Both the position numbers and the translations under genes were made by a program. A stretch of DNA of 63,873 nt, the filler included, from Octopus bimaculoides (Eukaryota), in assembly GCF_001194135.2 (NCBI RefSeq). It is 6 parts of 4 records of this genome, joined end to end, with 100 filler letters (N's around TTAATTAATTAA, not from the genome) between each part and the next. Parts side by side here need not be neighbours in the genome. Positions count along the whole stretch, not along the records: positions 1 to 28,076 come from NC_068982.1; positions 28,177 to 33,701 come from NC_068982.1; positions 33,802 to 36,635 come from NC_068983.1; positions 36,736 to 59,225 come from NC_068984.1; 2 more parts are not named here. One strand, 5' to 3'. The notes under the pieces were generated by a model, which saw only the letters and a program-made list of their open reading frames with translations, made no database searches and was not told the origin of the DNA. How positions within the stretch are numbered: position 1 is the first letter of the stretch; every line of letters starts with the position of its first letter. Below, piece after piece: positions 27,033 through 39,545 of this stretch.

Positions 27033-27250
27033 ATGTATGTGCGTGTGTCTTTGTATCGTGCTTATTGTCCCCAACACCACTTGACAACCGGCACTGCTGT
27101 GTTTACGTCCCCATAACTTATCGGCCTGAAAGACCGATAGAATAAGTACTAGGTTTAAAAAAATAGTCGACACATTTGACTAAAAATTCTCCAAGACGGT
27201 GCCCCCAGCATAACTATAGTCTAATGACTGAAACAATTAAAAGATAAAAG
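26787..27250 (+). mobile_element. SINE family A, full length, with expanded internal (TA)n(TG)n
   Basis: Head GGCGCAGGCGTAGCTGTGTG through tail AATGACTGAAACAATTAAAAG. Confidence 0.88.
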
Positions 27251-27696
27251 TATGTGGTAACCCTTTAGATTGTTTTTATTATAACTGGACAAAAGGAAGC
27301 GAGCTGGCAGAATAGGTAAAATGCTTAGCGGCATTTCGTCCGTCTTTCCATCAAGCGTTCAAATTCAGCCGAGGTCCAGTTCGTCTTTCATAAAATAAGT
27401 ACCAGCTGTGCATTGCGGTCGATGTAATCGACTCACCCTCTCTCTGGAATATATATGTGTGTGTGTATGTGTGTGTGTGTGTGTGTATAGAGTGTTAGGT
27501 GTGATGTACAGAAATTGAATACTGAGAAAAAAATCGTGAGAATATTGGAAAAATATTTCTAGAACATGTCAAATAAAATTTTGTGAATGTTCAAACAGCT
27601 TGTTCATTTATATAAAACAGATGGGTTTTTTTTGTTAGAAGAAAACTTTGACGGATAGTTAGAAATATAGTTAGGTAGACAGGCTGATAGAGAGAT

Positions 27697-27757
<61 letters not shown>

Positions 27758-28000
27758 CAGATAGAGAGTCAGACAGATTGACAGATAGGTAGAGGGAAAG
27801 AGAGAGAGAAGAGGTATCCACCTTCCTATTCACCATTCATTTATATATATACATATATATATAATTAGGATAAAATCATTATTTAAGGATTTATCATTGG
27901 CTAACATACTAAAAATACCAAAATGGTTAATTTATATTAAAATTATAATACGGGTTTTGAATGATTACAACACCAGTCTGGTGTTGTAATCATATAAAAC

Positions 28001-28066
<66 letters not shown>

Positions 28067-28076
28067 ATATATATAT

Positions 28077-28176
28077 NNNNNNNNNNNNNNNNNNNNNNNN
28101 NNNNNNNNNNNNNNNNNNNNTTAATTAATTAANNNNNNNNNNNNNNNNNNNNNNNNNNNNNNNNNNNNNNNNNNNN
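28077..28176. other. Artificial 100-bp contig spacer (44 N + TTAATTAATTAA + 44 N)
   Basis: The same 12-mer, with stops in all six frames, sits inside N runs at 28121, 33746, 36680, 59270 and 61453. The 44-N flanks were counted at the first two. Confidence 0.95.
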
Positions 28177-31170
28177 GATCGTGTATCACACAGTAATGTT
28201 CTCGTGTAAAAAGAGGGGAGGACAGTTTAGGTTTAGCCGTGGAAGGAAAAGCCTACGGAAAAGACCACGGTAACCTTGGTCAATATTCTCATTGAAGAAA
28301 CTATAACAGTAAGTGACTCTCTTTTGCCTTTTTGTTTTATTTTTTTTCTTGTTCATAGGGTTATGCTCAAGATGGCTCCGTCGTTCACACGTGCCATCCT
28401 TGCTACATTCACCCATCTTTTTTTGAAGCATTCACTAGACAAGACTTCCCTTTCTACTCTCAACTTCCTCTTCAGGTGATACTTGAAGAAGTTAGACAGA
28501 CAGATAGATAGATATTGCATGTACATAACATATATCTTATAAATATATTTTTTTGTGTATATGTGTATGTATATTAGTGTGTGCTTATGTAAGTGTGTGT
28601 TGGAAGTGAGAGTGTGTATGCATATTCGTTTCGCTGTTTTACTGAAATGCATTATGATTTAAATGATGAAGAATCAAAAATGTAGATAATATATAAATTA
28701 TATACATGAATGTTCGTATGTTTGCACATCCACACACAAATAGAAGTTTGGGATGGCTTTTGGTGTGAATGTCCAATCTGTAGTATGATAAATATTTTCT
28801 GTTCATATTCACAAAAAAATGTTCGCCAATTCTCTGTTGTGCTAGAACCTCGATAATAATAAACAAATCACTTTAGGTGTAAAGATAAAAAACTATTCTG
28901 ATATGAAGTGCATTAGAATAAAAACAAACGTGTAGGCTTCAAACTGACATCTGATTATTTCCTTCAGAAAAGCAATTATACCTATCTTTTAAAGAAACGA
29001 TTAATGTCCTGATATTTTTGAAACTTCGTGATGTTTCCCAAAATTTGTTATTGAAGTATAGGCAAATGAATCATATACCTTTCTGCCTATTATATTCAAT
29101 ATTGTATATGTTAGCGCTTAACTGGTATTATCTCTTGTATTAACTGGTATTATTTCCACATTAGTTCTCTAGTTCACACAGTGATGCATACCTACGCGCG
29201 CGCGCATGTGTTCTCAGACACACAGTGTGTCAAGATTTGAATTACTGAAGAATTTTAATCACTAACATCATTTCATTTTCTAAATAAATATTTTTTTCCT
29301 TTCATTGAAACCAATAATAATTTTTAAAGCTGTAAATAGCTTGATTTGGATGTGCCTGCATACCAGAACACTTCTAATTCCCAAGCCTCGAACTTATTAG
29401 GGCACAAACTATGACTAGCGTGTTGTGTTTTTATTCGTACATAAAAGCTGCTCATGTTCGCTTTTATTTAATACTTGGTGTTTTATGATCTACCCAGCAG
29501 CTAGAAGGAATCGATTTTTCAATCGTATTTTTTTTATATTTTGTCGTGTAACAGTGGAATTTCACACAAAATATCGTGAAGTTTCTCATGCAATTTCCTG
29601 ATACTTTACTCACTAAATAACAATTGTACTCTAATTTTCATCAGATTTTACTTTAATATGTTCAAACTTTAACAATTTATTCTTGAGTCAATTACTATGT
29701 ATTTTTTAGACTTCACGTATATTAAGCATAGAATCCACTCACCATATATTCAATATATTCAAATCTCCCACACAACATTTTACGACTTCTGATTTCAATC
29801 ATAATGTAGTAAACCTTCACATAAATCTTCAGCGTTTCAACACTGGCCATTCTCTACGTATCAACATATATAAAACACTAATACTCAGAGAAAATTTCAG
29901 ATACTACCATATCATCAATTCCTTGTTTGGGGTGTACCAATTAAATTTAATACGGCTTCTAGTTTCACTCACATATTTTCTAACTTTAGTCAACATATCT
30001 GCAAGCCAATCTACTAATATATTTCTGGCTTGATTCACAAGTGAAACTAGAGAACATCTATCTGTTCCCATTAACGTCTTCATCATGGGTGAAAAAATTA
30101 TACCCCAAATTCAGTTGGAGAAAAGAAGGTATTAGCTAATCATTATAGCCGGAATATATTAAAGATACCATTCTAATGTGATCGTTCACGAGAAATATTT
30201 CCCAGCGGTGCATGATGCGAAATATTTTTCTAGATTTCGGCTGCCATTTTTCTCAACTGAAGAAATGCATAGCTTAACTCAAATAAATATCCATTGTCTT
30301 CTAAAAAAACAAAAAAAAAATGTAGCTGTTTTCATTTACAGGAAAATACAGAATTAGGTAGCAGAGAGCTTCGAGCGTCTGCAACATACCTTCGACACTG
30401 TATAATTAAAAAGAAAATTCAGCTGAAAGATATGACTAAAATAACGTAGATGATGTAAACCAGTATAAATATACTTAATTTATCTCCTTATTCCATGTAC
30501 GTTTTACCCTATATCTAAAAACTTTAAGATTAATAGTGAAGTCTGAATGGCTAAGATTTCTACTAATGCGTCTAATTTTTCTTACTTCTTATTTTATTTT
30601 ATTTTCTATTTTCAATTAGTCAGCAACTAAGCTGAGAATATAAAAGCCAGGAGGGAATAATTATATACGAAATATAAGCAAAGCGTTACCAATACTGAAT
30701 AAGAAATGAGGGAGAAATGGGAAGATTTTCTATTGTTATTATTTCAAAATTAATTCAGCATCTACGTAGTCAAAATTATAGAGCGTAGACTCAGTCACAA
30801 TACAATCTGCCATATTTTCTTATTTTTTTGTTGGAAATGTGTTGTATTCCGTTCATATTAACGTACATATTATGCAACTTTTCACTAAATATAACCGGAC
30901 AATAATTCTTTCCCGCGTGTAATATTTGTTTACCGACATGAGATAATGATGGATAAGCTGAGTAATAACTTTCATACTACATTCAGGTACATATCAATAC
31001 ACAGAAGCACGACACGCAACACACGCACATACACATATACACATATAAGCACACAGAGACACATACACACACATATGTGTATGAGTGTGTGTGCGCAGTG
31101 CGTTTTGTATCTGTCCCTCTTTGTATTTATATACACACACGCATTCACTCACACACACAAACACACACGT

Positions 31171-31345
31171 ATACTTTTACTTGTTCCAGTAATTAGGTTG
31201 TGGCCATACTGGGACGAATGGATCGACACAGGTACTTATTTTGTTGAAGCCAGATACTTATTCCACCGATCGCTTTTAAATAACCGCTAATTGCGGAGAC
31301 GTAAACACACTAGCATTGGTTGTGAAACAGTGGCGAAGGATAAAC
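31171..31345 (-). mobile_element. SINE family A, 3' part
   Basis: Reverse complement of the tail region. Confidence 0.7.
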
Positions 31346-31379
31346 ACTAGCACAAAAAAGATAGGCGGTTAGCATAACA

Positions 31380-31660
31380 TCTTTAGAAGACGCCTTTGCA
31401 TAACCCGATCTCATTCTTCTTTTCGGTGTGGTTATCATATAACGTTGCTGTTGCTTCTACATCATATACGATATAGTTTATCATACATGCCTGGTCAAGT
31501 GGGTAAGCGCCAGGATATCGACAATTACAACTAGGAGTGGGCTCTTGGTGGTAGTTATGGGTTATGATGTTCATCATATTGGGACAGCAGGAATATAAAT
31601 ATCAGACCCAGTGAGACCTCTATACTCCAACATTGGGATAATAGCAAGTTTGTAATAAAT
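31380..31660 (-). mobile_element. Penelope-like element fragment (linker plus start of GIY-YIG)
   Basis: YSCCPNMMNII...SCNCRYPGAYPLDQAC...IVY...IGLCKGVF. Confidence 0.7.
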
Positions 31661-31994
31661 TGTTTTTAGAATTCAAAGGAGAAGCACAAAGTCTTAGATT
31701 TACAGTTTGATATTATAGATTATCATCTGTATATATATCAAGATCGCTAGTTGATAAGGCCACTGAGTTTTCAATTATATATATTGATACAGATCACATT
31801 AACCAAGACAACCCTCCATGCCAAATAGACACTACTATTTAGGAAAGGCTCAGCAGAGGTTAAAAATTCGATACAGGAGAATTGTTCGACATATTGACGG
31901 GATGGTATGACGCTACTGATATCTGCCATCTTGTAGATCTCTTTATTTTAAATACATTGGGAAACAAGATGTTAATGATAATGATGATAATGTA

Positions 31995-32050
31995 GAAGAA
32001 GAAGAAGAAGAAGAAGAAGAAGAAGAAGAAGAAGAAGAAGAAGAAGAAGA
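31995..32050. repeat. (GAA)n microsatellite
   Basis: Directly visible. Confidence 0.95.
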
Positions 32051-32351
32051 TTATGAGTCTTCCTTAAACAAGTCTCATACACATTGTATGTACACTATGT
32101 ATGTGTGAACGATAATGTTTACTGAGTATAATAACTTTTAATTCGTTATTAACACACGCACACACACACACGCACACACACACACGCACACACACATATA
32201 TATATATATATATGTATATATNNNNNNNNNNNNNNNNNNNNNNNNNNNNNNNNNNNNNNNNNNNNNNNNNNNNNNNNNNNNNNNNNNNNNNNNNNNNNNN
32301 NNNATATACATACGTATGTATATTTATCTCTCTCACTATATATATATTTAC

Positions 32352-32383
<32 letters not shown>

Positions 32384-32589
32384 GTGTGTGTGTGTATACA
32401 CAAGTACTTATATATATGTGTGCGTATATATGTATAAATATATGTATATACAAATACATACATATATATCCATACATAAATAAATCAATACGTATGTAAG
32501 ATTTTTCTTACGTCGTTTGATCAGAATTTTACGCGATCATACAAATATAGAAAGATATTTAACAGACATAATTTAAGGATCTCTTTCAG

Positions 32590-33160
32590 TTGTGCACTCA
32601 ATGTTAAGAAAAAAATACTTAGCACTCCTAAACCATGGACAGAGGCAAATTGTTCATGCAGGATTAGAAATAAATGCCCAGTGGACGGCCGATGTAACAC
32701 CGGGGCTACAGTGTACGAAACAAAGGTAGCCTCGAACAGGAGCAGCACAAATATCAGTAACATCTATGCCAGCACTGAGACACACACTAAAATGTATGTC
32801 GAACCTTGTGAATCCAAATTTAAAATTCGCCTGGACAACCACAGATCTTCTTTCAGGTTTCCGGAGAAACGCAACACAATGACACTCGCAGCATACGTAT
32901 GTTGCCTAAAGGACGATCATACACCTTTTAGCATCAAGTGGAAACTACTAGAAACTTATGGCCATTATCGTAATGGAACAAGACTATGTAAATTGTGTAT
33001 GGCAGAAAGATATATAATCCTCATGAACTCACATGAGCCAGGACGCTACTTGAAATCCAGGACGGAAGCCGTGGGGAGTTGTCCACATTTTCGGAAATTT
33101 TTACTTCAAAATTGGAAAACCAAGCTATCAAGCGAAGGAAGACAACTCGCTCGGCCGTAA
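32590..33160 (+). mobile_element. Penelope-like element 3' fragment, GIY-YIG endonuclease
   Basis: ORF 32681-33160 reads CPVDGRC...VY...ESKFKIRLDNHRSSF...IKWKLL...CKLCMAERYII...SRTEAVGSCPHFRKFLL. Confidence 0.85.
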
Positions 33161-33364
33161 TTTTTTCAGAGGAATATTTCTTCAACTACCAACGGCGTAT
33201 TTGTGTTTTTGAATACATTCTTTGCAGAGAACACTTTTCGCCTAGAGAAATTGAATATATGTCTAGTTCATGATAAATATGAATCCAATGGTTTTTGTCT
33301 AAAACTGTTACTTTACACACAGATAAAATATATAATTATATATATTCTTTTATTCTTTTATTTG

Positions 33365-33680
33365 TTTCATTCATTTGACTACGGCTATGCTGGGGCATCG
33401 CCTTTAGTCGAGCAAATCGAACCCAGGACTTAATTTTTGTAAGCCTAGTACTTATACTACAGGTCTGTCTTGAAGAACCGCTAAATTACGGAAAGGGAAA
33501 CAGACCAGCATCGGTTGTCAAGCGACGTTAGGAGGGCAAACGCACGCACACAAGCATATACATACATATATGTACATACGATGGGCTTCATTCATTTTCT
33601 GTCTACCAAATCCACTCACTATGCTTTGGTCGCCCCGAGGCTATAGTAGAAGATGCTTGCCCAAGGTGCTACACAACCAT
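33365..33680 (-). mobile_element. SINE family A, 5'-truncated
   Basis: Reverse complement of the tail and body. Confidence 0.8.
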
Positions 33681-33989
33681 GTATGTATATATATATATAT
33701 ANNNNNNNNNNNNNNNNNNNNNNNNNNNNNNNNNNNNNNNNNNNNTTAATTAATTAANNNNNNNNNNNNNNNNNNNNNNNNNNNNNNNNNNNNNNNNNNN
33801 NTGGTGCACCACCATATTTATATATATATATATATCTTGCAACAGTATCAGCGGGAAGCAGTGTTTAGGCATAAACGGACTTTAGGTTAGTTAAAATATA
33901 TTTGTGATGTATTTCAATTTCTAAAGGCAAATTCACTGCAGTTACTGTGGAGAAAATTTGTCTTTTGGTAAAAAAAAGTGTGAGATCAC

Positions 33990-34290
33990 CGTATCTGTCC
34001 AGTGCTGCTCCCTGTCAGGCTAATGCCTCTTAGATCCGTAAGGGCCATGCGCAACTGCCCAGTGTGTTCATTCCTTAAGGCGGTTCTGCTTTCTCAAGGC
34101 ATGACCTGCAAATTCTCCCTCTATCATTCTCCACTAGCGAGCATCACATCCTCCATTCATTCTTGAGGCAGTTCTTCATCACCTACTGGTACTCAAGTCT
34201 CTTACTCTCTCGCGCCTTTTCCATCCTCTCGTCCCATGGCACTGTTAATGCCAATAGGATTAGCTGCTTTGTTATTTCATTTTTCTATTT
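33990..34290 (-). mobile_element. HERO-like REL-endonuclease LINE, C-terminal fragment
   Basis: KQLILLALTVPWDERMEKARESKRLEYQ*VMKNCLKNEW matches the ELTVPWEE...ERK..KY..L...C...GW signature. Confidence 0.7.
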
Positions 34291-34633
34291 GGTTTTCAAT
34301 ATTCTTTGGTAGGATATACCACTGGTACCTCGTATGGTAGGATATATCATTGATGAGGTTGCGAATAACGACGAAAGGACATTGTCAAGTAAACAATCGA
34401 TTGATTGTATACCTAATACATGTGCGTGTGCTTATTATCATTATTGGCGTAATGATCCTCCCAAAAGACAAGATGCCTTGTTATTATTGAACACTCCTGA
34501 ATGGCAGTTAGAGTGCATGGTGGATAGAAATTTTATATTCGGAAAGATCTCATAATCAATACCTGTTTAAATATTGCTTTTAAACTGCTTAGTCGTTCAT
34601 ATCTCACAAGATCTGAGAAATTCTGCTGATAAG

Positions 34634-34679
<46 letters not shown>

Positions 34680-35699
34680 AATTTATATAATAAATCAGAG
34701 TTTGTGTGCGTGTGTGTGTGTCTGCGTGCGTATGTTCCTTATGGATTCGAAAACTTAGTTGTCGATTTTGACGTATGGAGTATCATAATATTCAGTAATC
34801 TTTCGGCTACCAAATAAATTATATTTCATTTACATATTTGCATTACAAAAATTTGACTTTGTAACCTTTCTGTAAGTCAACTTATCGTAAATGACATTCT
34901 ATACCACGACGACGACGACGTCACATTTTCTATGTGTGTGTATGCGTCTGTGAGTGTGCGTATGTTTGCATGTTCGTTACGTACGTTAGGCCGATGATTG
35001 AGAAGTATATGTGTATGAGGTGTATGTGTGCACATACATTTTTGTGACAACTGACACACACACATACACATACACACACATACACACATACACATCTAAA
35101 GACAGAGGCAGACACACAAAGTGACTGAGATAGGCCTGAGGTGTGCGTGAATGTATGTCTGCGTGTGTCTGTCTTAGTATATTTATGTGATTGTATGTCA
35201 GAGTGTATGTGTGATAATTTTTATATGTTAGGCCTTAGACAATTAAACACACACACACACAGAAATGTTATTCCAGTCCTTATAACCAGTTTGAAGAAAA
35301 TGCTTCTTTAACAGTCCTAACGTCCTTATCGTATTCCTGTTATGCTGCTTTAACAGTGTTAGTATTCAACGCCGCGTGACCTTTTTACTGCGTTAGTCAG
35401 TATTTAGTATACAGCCTATAACTTTACACAATTAAAATACGTGATGTAAAATTAATTTGTCTTGCAACATACATCCTTCAGCATATGTTTCAACTAATTC
35501 ACGTTCACAACAGCAACATATTCCTTTGTACACACTCTGTTCAGCGTTCGTTTAAAATCTTGTAAAATAACCAATTAATTTTGTATGAAAAATTGAATTA
35601 CGTCTTCTGAATTTTCTTGGAGCTTGACTTTCTTGATCGTGACATTCAATCTTGAATTTTATCACATTTAGTACATTTTATCACATTTAGTACATGTTC

Positions 35700-36254
35700 C
35701 AAATAAATGTTAACTTAAATGTTAACTCAAATAATTCACGGAGTTCTACATCAATTGCCTGGAAGTGATAGTGCTGCCCTGGGTCAAGAGGGTGACTGCT
35801 GGAAGACCCTAATCCTGGCAAGAGGATTCTGCACCATGCCATACAAGCAGGAGAACCCAGCCGTGGCTGTCTGAAAATTTCTGCTGCCCCATCACCCCAA
35901 AAATCTGGCCACGTACATCTCCCACCAGACTGCAACGCCCTTGATTATTATGTGTGGGGTGCAGTTGAACGGGAGACCAACATAACTTCTTGCAACACCA
36001 AAGCGGAACTGAAGGCAAGAATTATGACAGCATTCACCAACTTAAACAAGGATACCGTCCAGAAGAGTTGCAGCAGATTCCGAAGTCGTCTGGAGGCCGT
36101 GGCAGAAGCGAATGGCAATTTTATTGAATAAATTTTCTCTTTAGTATTTCAAGATATTTTTATGTAATTTTGATAAATATATCTGTTAAAATGAGATGTC
36201 AGTGTTATTTTCATTTTTGCGTAATTAAGACGACAATTTATTCATCGCACCCTG
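35700..36254 (+). mobile_element. maT/DD37D-type Tc1/mariner transposon, 3' half
   Basis: WQEDSAPCHTS...WP.TS[+4 nt]PDCNALDYYVWGAVE...RLEAVAEANGNFIE*. The D-to-D spacing is 37 after removing the 4-nt insertion. The right end reads ...TTCATCGCACCCTG followed by TA; no left TIR was found. Confidence 0.8.
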
Positions 36255-37464
36255 TATTTATATCCGTGTATCATATTCAATGTATATACTCTGTTATCAG
36301 GCAAGTTACTGCATTTTACGTCCCTTATATGCTGTGTTTAAAGATACAATATATATCGGAGGGAGACGAAAAATCACCCTGGCAGCGGGTAGCGAGAGCA
36401 CCGGATGCAGTTCGTTTTTGTCAGAGATGATTAATTGCAGCCACACATATGACAAGACGAGATTTATTGCTTTCAATATAGAAAACAGCGAATAAGCCAA
36501 GTTAGGGAATTGCGAAAAGCCGTCAAGCTGAATAAATAATCCGATGAATGCAAATGAATTAATATTAAATGAAAATAGCTACTTATGAATTAACTGAGTG
36601 CACCAGATATATATATATATATACATATATATATANNNNNNNNNNNNNNNNNNNNNNNNNNNNNNNNNNNNNNNNNNNNTTAATTAATTAANNNNNNNNN
36701 NNNNNNNNNNNNNNNNNNNNNNNNNNNNNNNNNNNGACTAACACGGGCGCATGCGCAAATTTGTGACATGCACACTCCCAGAACTCAGATCCACACTTCT
36801 CCAGTAGTGCCAAATTTTGAAACTGAGTTTGCACCCCCTAAGCAAATTTTGTTCCCGGGCCACCGATCCCAATATATATATATATATATGCACATACATA
36901 CCAGAGTAAGCACATAAATGCGAAACAAGAGGGAAAAAATAGTACTTGAATACCAGAGGTAGAGTAATATGCTTTATTAAAAAGCAGCAAAAATATCACA
37001 AAAACTGTTACTCCGAGTGTTCGTCAAACAGTTTTGTTTAGAATGGAACAAAATAAGGTTATATGCATAAATATACAATTAGTTTGATAAATACACATTT
37101 GAAAATGGTTTTGTTTCATTGGTCTTTTCAATGACCGGTTGCATGAAATTACAATTGCAGTTTAAAATCACATTATTATAAAAATCAACGGAAACCTTAA
37201 ATCAAAATAGCTTATATAGAAGGAAAATAGACCTGAATACCCAGGGTAAATAATTAGTGGTAAATAATATTAATAAATTCAAATAAATTAAAAGATATAT
37301 CCTTTAAAAAAAAAAAAACTATCACCCTAAATTACATATACATTTAGCAAATGTAAAATATAAAATGTGAAGTTGAATTATGTACTAGCATTGTAATACA
37401 AAAATAACTAATATGGTGTAAAGCCAAATTCAAATGCGGAAGTCAAAAATTTTACCCATATGGT

Positions 37465-38772
37465 ATTTTTTCAGTTGACTTTTTAAATCTTGCAGTATGC
37501 CTACAGATATTTAAGAGCTCGCGTCTCTGGTTCAATGCATGTTTATCCTGGAACAGGATGAAGAACTTTTCTGAGAGGCAAAGATCACGTAGCTCCATGT
37601 TTGTGATGGTGCTTTTTCCAAAATTGTCCAGCTGATATTGAAAAGATGCATGTCATTCTCTTGCAATTACCAGACATGTTTTGCAAGACTTGTTCCTGTC
37701 CTATTCTCAGGGAACTGGAAAGAATTTTGGTGGGAATAAAACCAAATCTTGAATGAATTTTCCAAAGCTCCTGTGTAAGTTTTATATTCTTGTGAGCCAT
37801 CTATTTGTACTTCAGCTCTGTAAACAATTCCTTTTTCAAGACATTTACCTTCTAACAGGCAGCAAGTTTTATCTTTGCAATTGTAGTTCCTCAGATTATA
37901 TTCGGAACTGTGTTATTTTTATAATAATTTTTGTGTTATGTTGATTGATAAAAGAGGTAGTTTTTGCAACAAGAATAGCTAATCTTCAGTGTTCTACTAA
38001 AAATTCTATAGAACTTATGGCTAGATTGAAAATGTTTAGTTTTTACAGCAATATTAAATGCCACATTAAACCACAAAACTTTCCTGGTTCTAGTTCTATG
38101 TTGTCTATTATTGTTAGAATTAGCTTGACTATACTGGATTTTCTCCAAAAATCTGCTTTTTCTTAATGCATTATTATATGGCACAGCATTTTTAAATGCT
38201 TTCTCATCTGAAGATATTGATGATATGCACCTTCCTATATTACTAACTAGGTTCTTAAGAATTATGGGTGGAGGATTTGATTCTTTGCTAATATAACATA
38301 GCTTTTTATTGGACTTGCAATAGGGTTTAAATTTATCTAATTGCAAATCTAAGCTTATATCTAAAAAAAATCCACATTATTATGGTTACTTTCTATTGTA
38401 ATCCGTAAGCCCATTCTTTGGAAGAAAGTAATCAGATTCTTCATAAGTTTATCCAACTCATGGCCATTTAGATTATGGCTGACTACAAGACCTTCATCCC
38501 TGTATAATCCTGTATCCATAAAAGGGAATTCTAGATGCAGGTTATGCAAAATATAAGTTCCTATAAGCATACACAACTCCACCCCATCATATGCACCCGT
38601 CCATACATCAAATAGAGAATCCTCACTCGTTTTGACCCAGGTGGAATCATTGTCAAAAAGGAGGGATCTCCTTGTATGCAGGATGATATCTATTTCTAAG
38701 CTTGGTGAAACCTAATGCTTTTAGAAGCAAAGGCCTAAATATTGATGGGTAAAAATCGACAGTATCAAACAA
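37465..38772 (-). mobile_element. Penelope-like element, RT through GIY-YIG, frameshifted
   Basis: FDTVDFYPSI; FDVWTGAYDGVELCMLIGTYIL...GLYRDEGL; KPYCKSNKKLCYISKESNPPP; VLWFN; KISYSC; and a decayed C-terminal endonuclease. Confidence 0.88.
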
Positions 38773-39225
38773 TATGTGGTGTGTAGTTTGTCTTCAAACC
38801 CCATATATGGCTCACTAACTTAGTGACTTTACTTTTGTAGACGTGCTAGAAAGAAGACTGGCAGTTTGCGTAATGTCTTTTAAAATTGCCTTCACATAAA
38901 CTGATGTAATTTTTCTTTTCACTTATGTTATCTTGAAGTATTGCTGTGACTTCTATTTCATAAATACGGGGTTTATTATCCATGCCTAGTCAGGTGGGCA
39001 AGCTTCAGGGTCTTGACAGATACAAGTGGGAGTGGAATCTTGGTAAGGCATGCAAATGGCAATGTTCTTCATGTTGGGGCAGCAGCTGTATGAAATTTTT
39101 ATTGAGCGCCTATTAAAAATCTTCTTGTATTTATGGCTAACTGGAAAATGCTTACCTAAAAGAGCCAGGGATTTCTTGCCTACATTAGTTTTAATGTTTA
39201 GAGAGAGGAGGGAGGCAAACCATAT
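38772..39225 (-). mobile_element. Second Penelope-like piece (linker plus first part of GIY-YIG)
   Basis: NIKTNVGKK...KHFPVSHKYKKIFNRRSIKISYSCCPNMKNI...IYEIEV...YISLCEGNFKRHY...HIWGLKTNYTPH. Confidence 0.8.
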
Positions 39226-39347
39226 TAATTTCCTATGTCTATTTTAAGTTCCATATTTTTAATTGAAGGGTTGTAATATATCTTATCTTTGAAGGGGCTG
39301 CCTTATCAAATATTTCCTTTGAAGAGGAGAAATTAGATATTTGATAA

Positions 39348-39545
39348 GGCATTTGGGTTTGAAGATCAACTGCACACCACATACAATCAAGTGGAGAATC
39401 ATGAAGAAATCTATACCATATGTAAATAGATCCAAGAATTCCACCATACTACTTAATTCCAGATCTGAAATTTTCAGCAAATGCAAGCATATGGACAAAT
39501 TTCTTTTGGTGAACTGGAGGACACCACCCTCTTCAGATTGAGTAG
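39348..39545 (+). mobile_element. Penelope-like C-terminus in opposite orientation
   Basis: HLGLKINCTPHTIKWRIMKKSIPYVNRSKN...LLNSRSEIFSKCKHMDKFLL. Confidence 0.8.

Noticed and set aside
28121-28132. TTAATTAATTAA islands inside N runs (five sites)
   Set aside because: Identical palindromic six-frame-stop linker centred in 100-bp gaps; a scaffolding artefact, not biology.
29904-30086. 60-aa minus-strand ORF
   Set aside because: No recognisable domain and no clear splice signals.
36745-36756. NRF1-like GCGCATGCGC
   Set aside because: Single motif at a contig edge with no downstream exon support.
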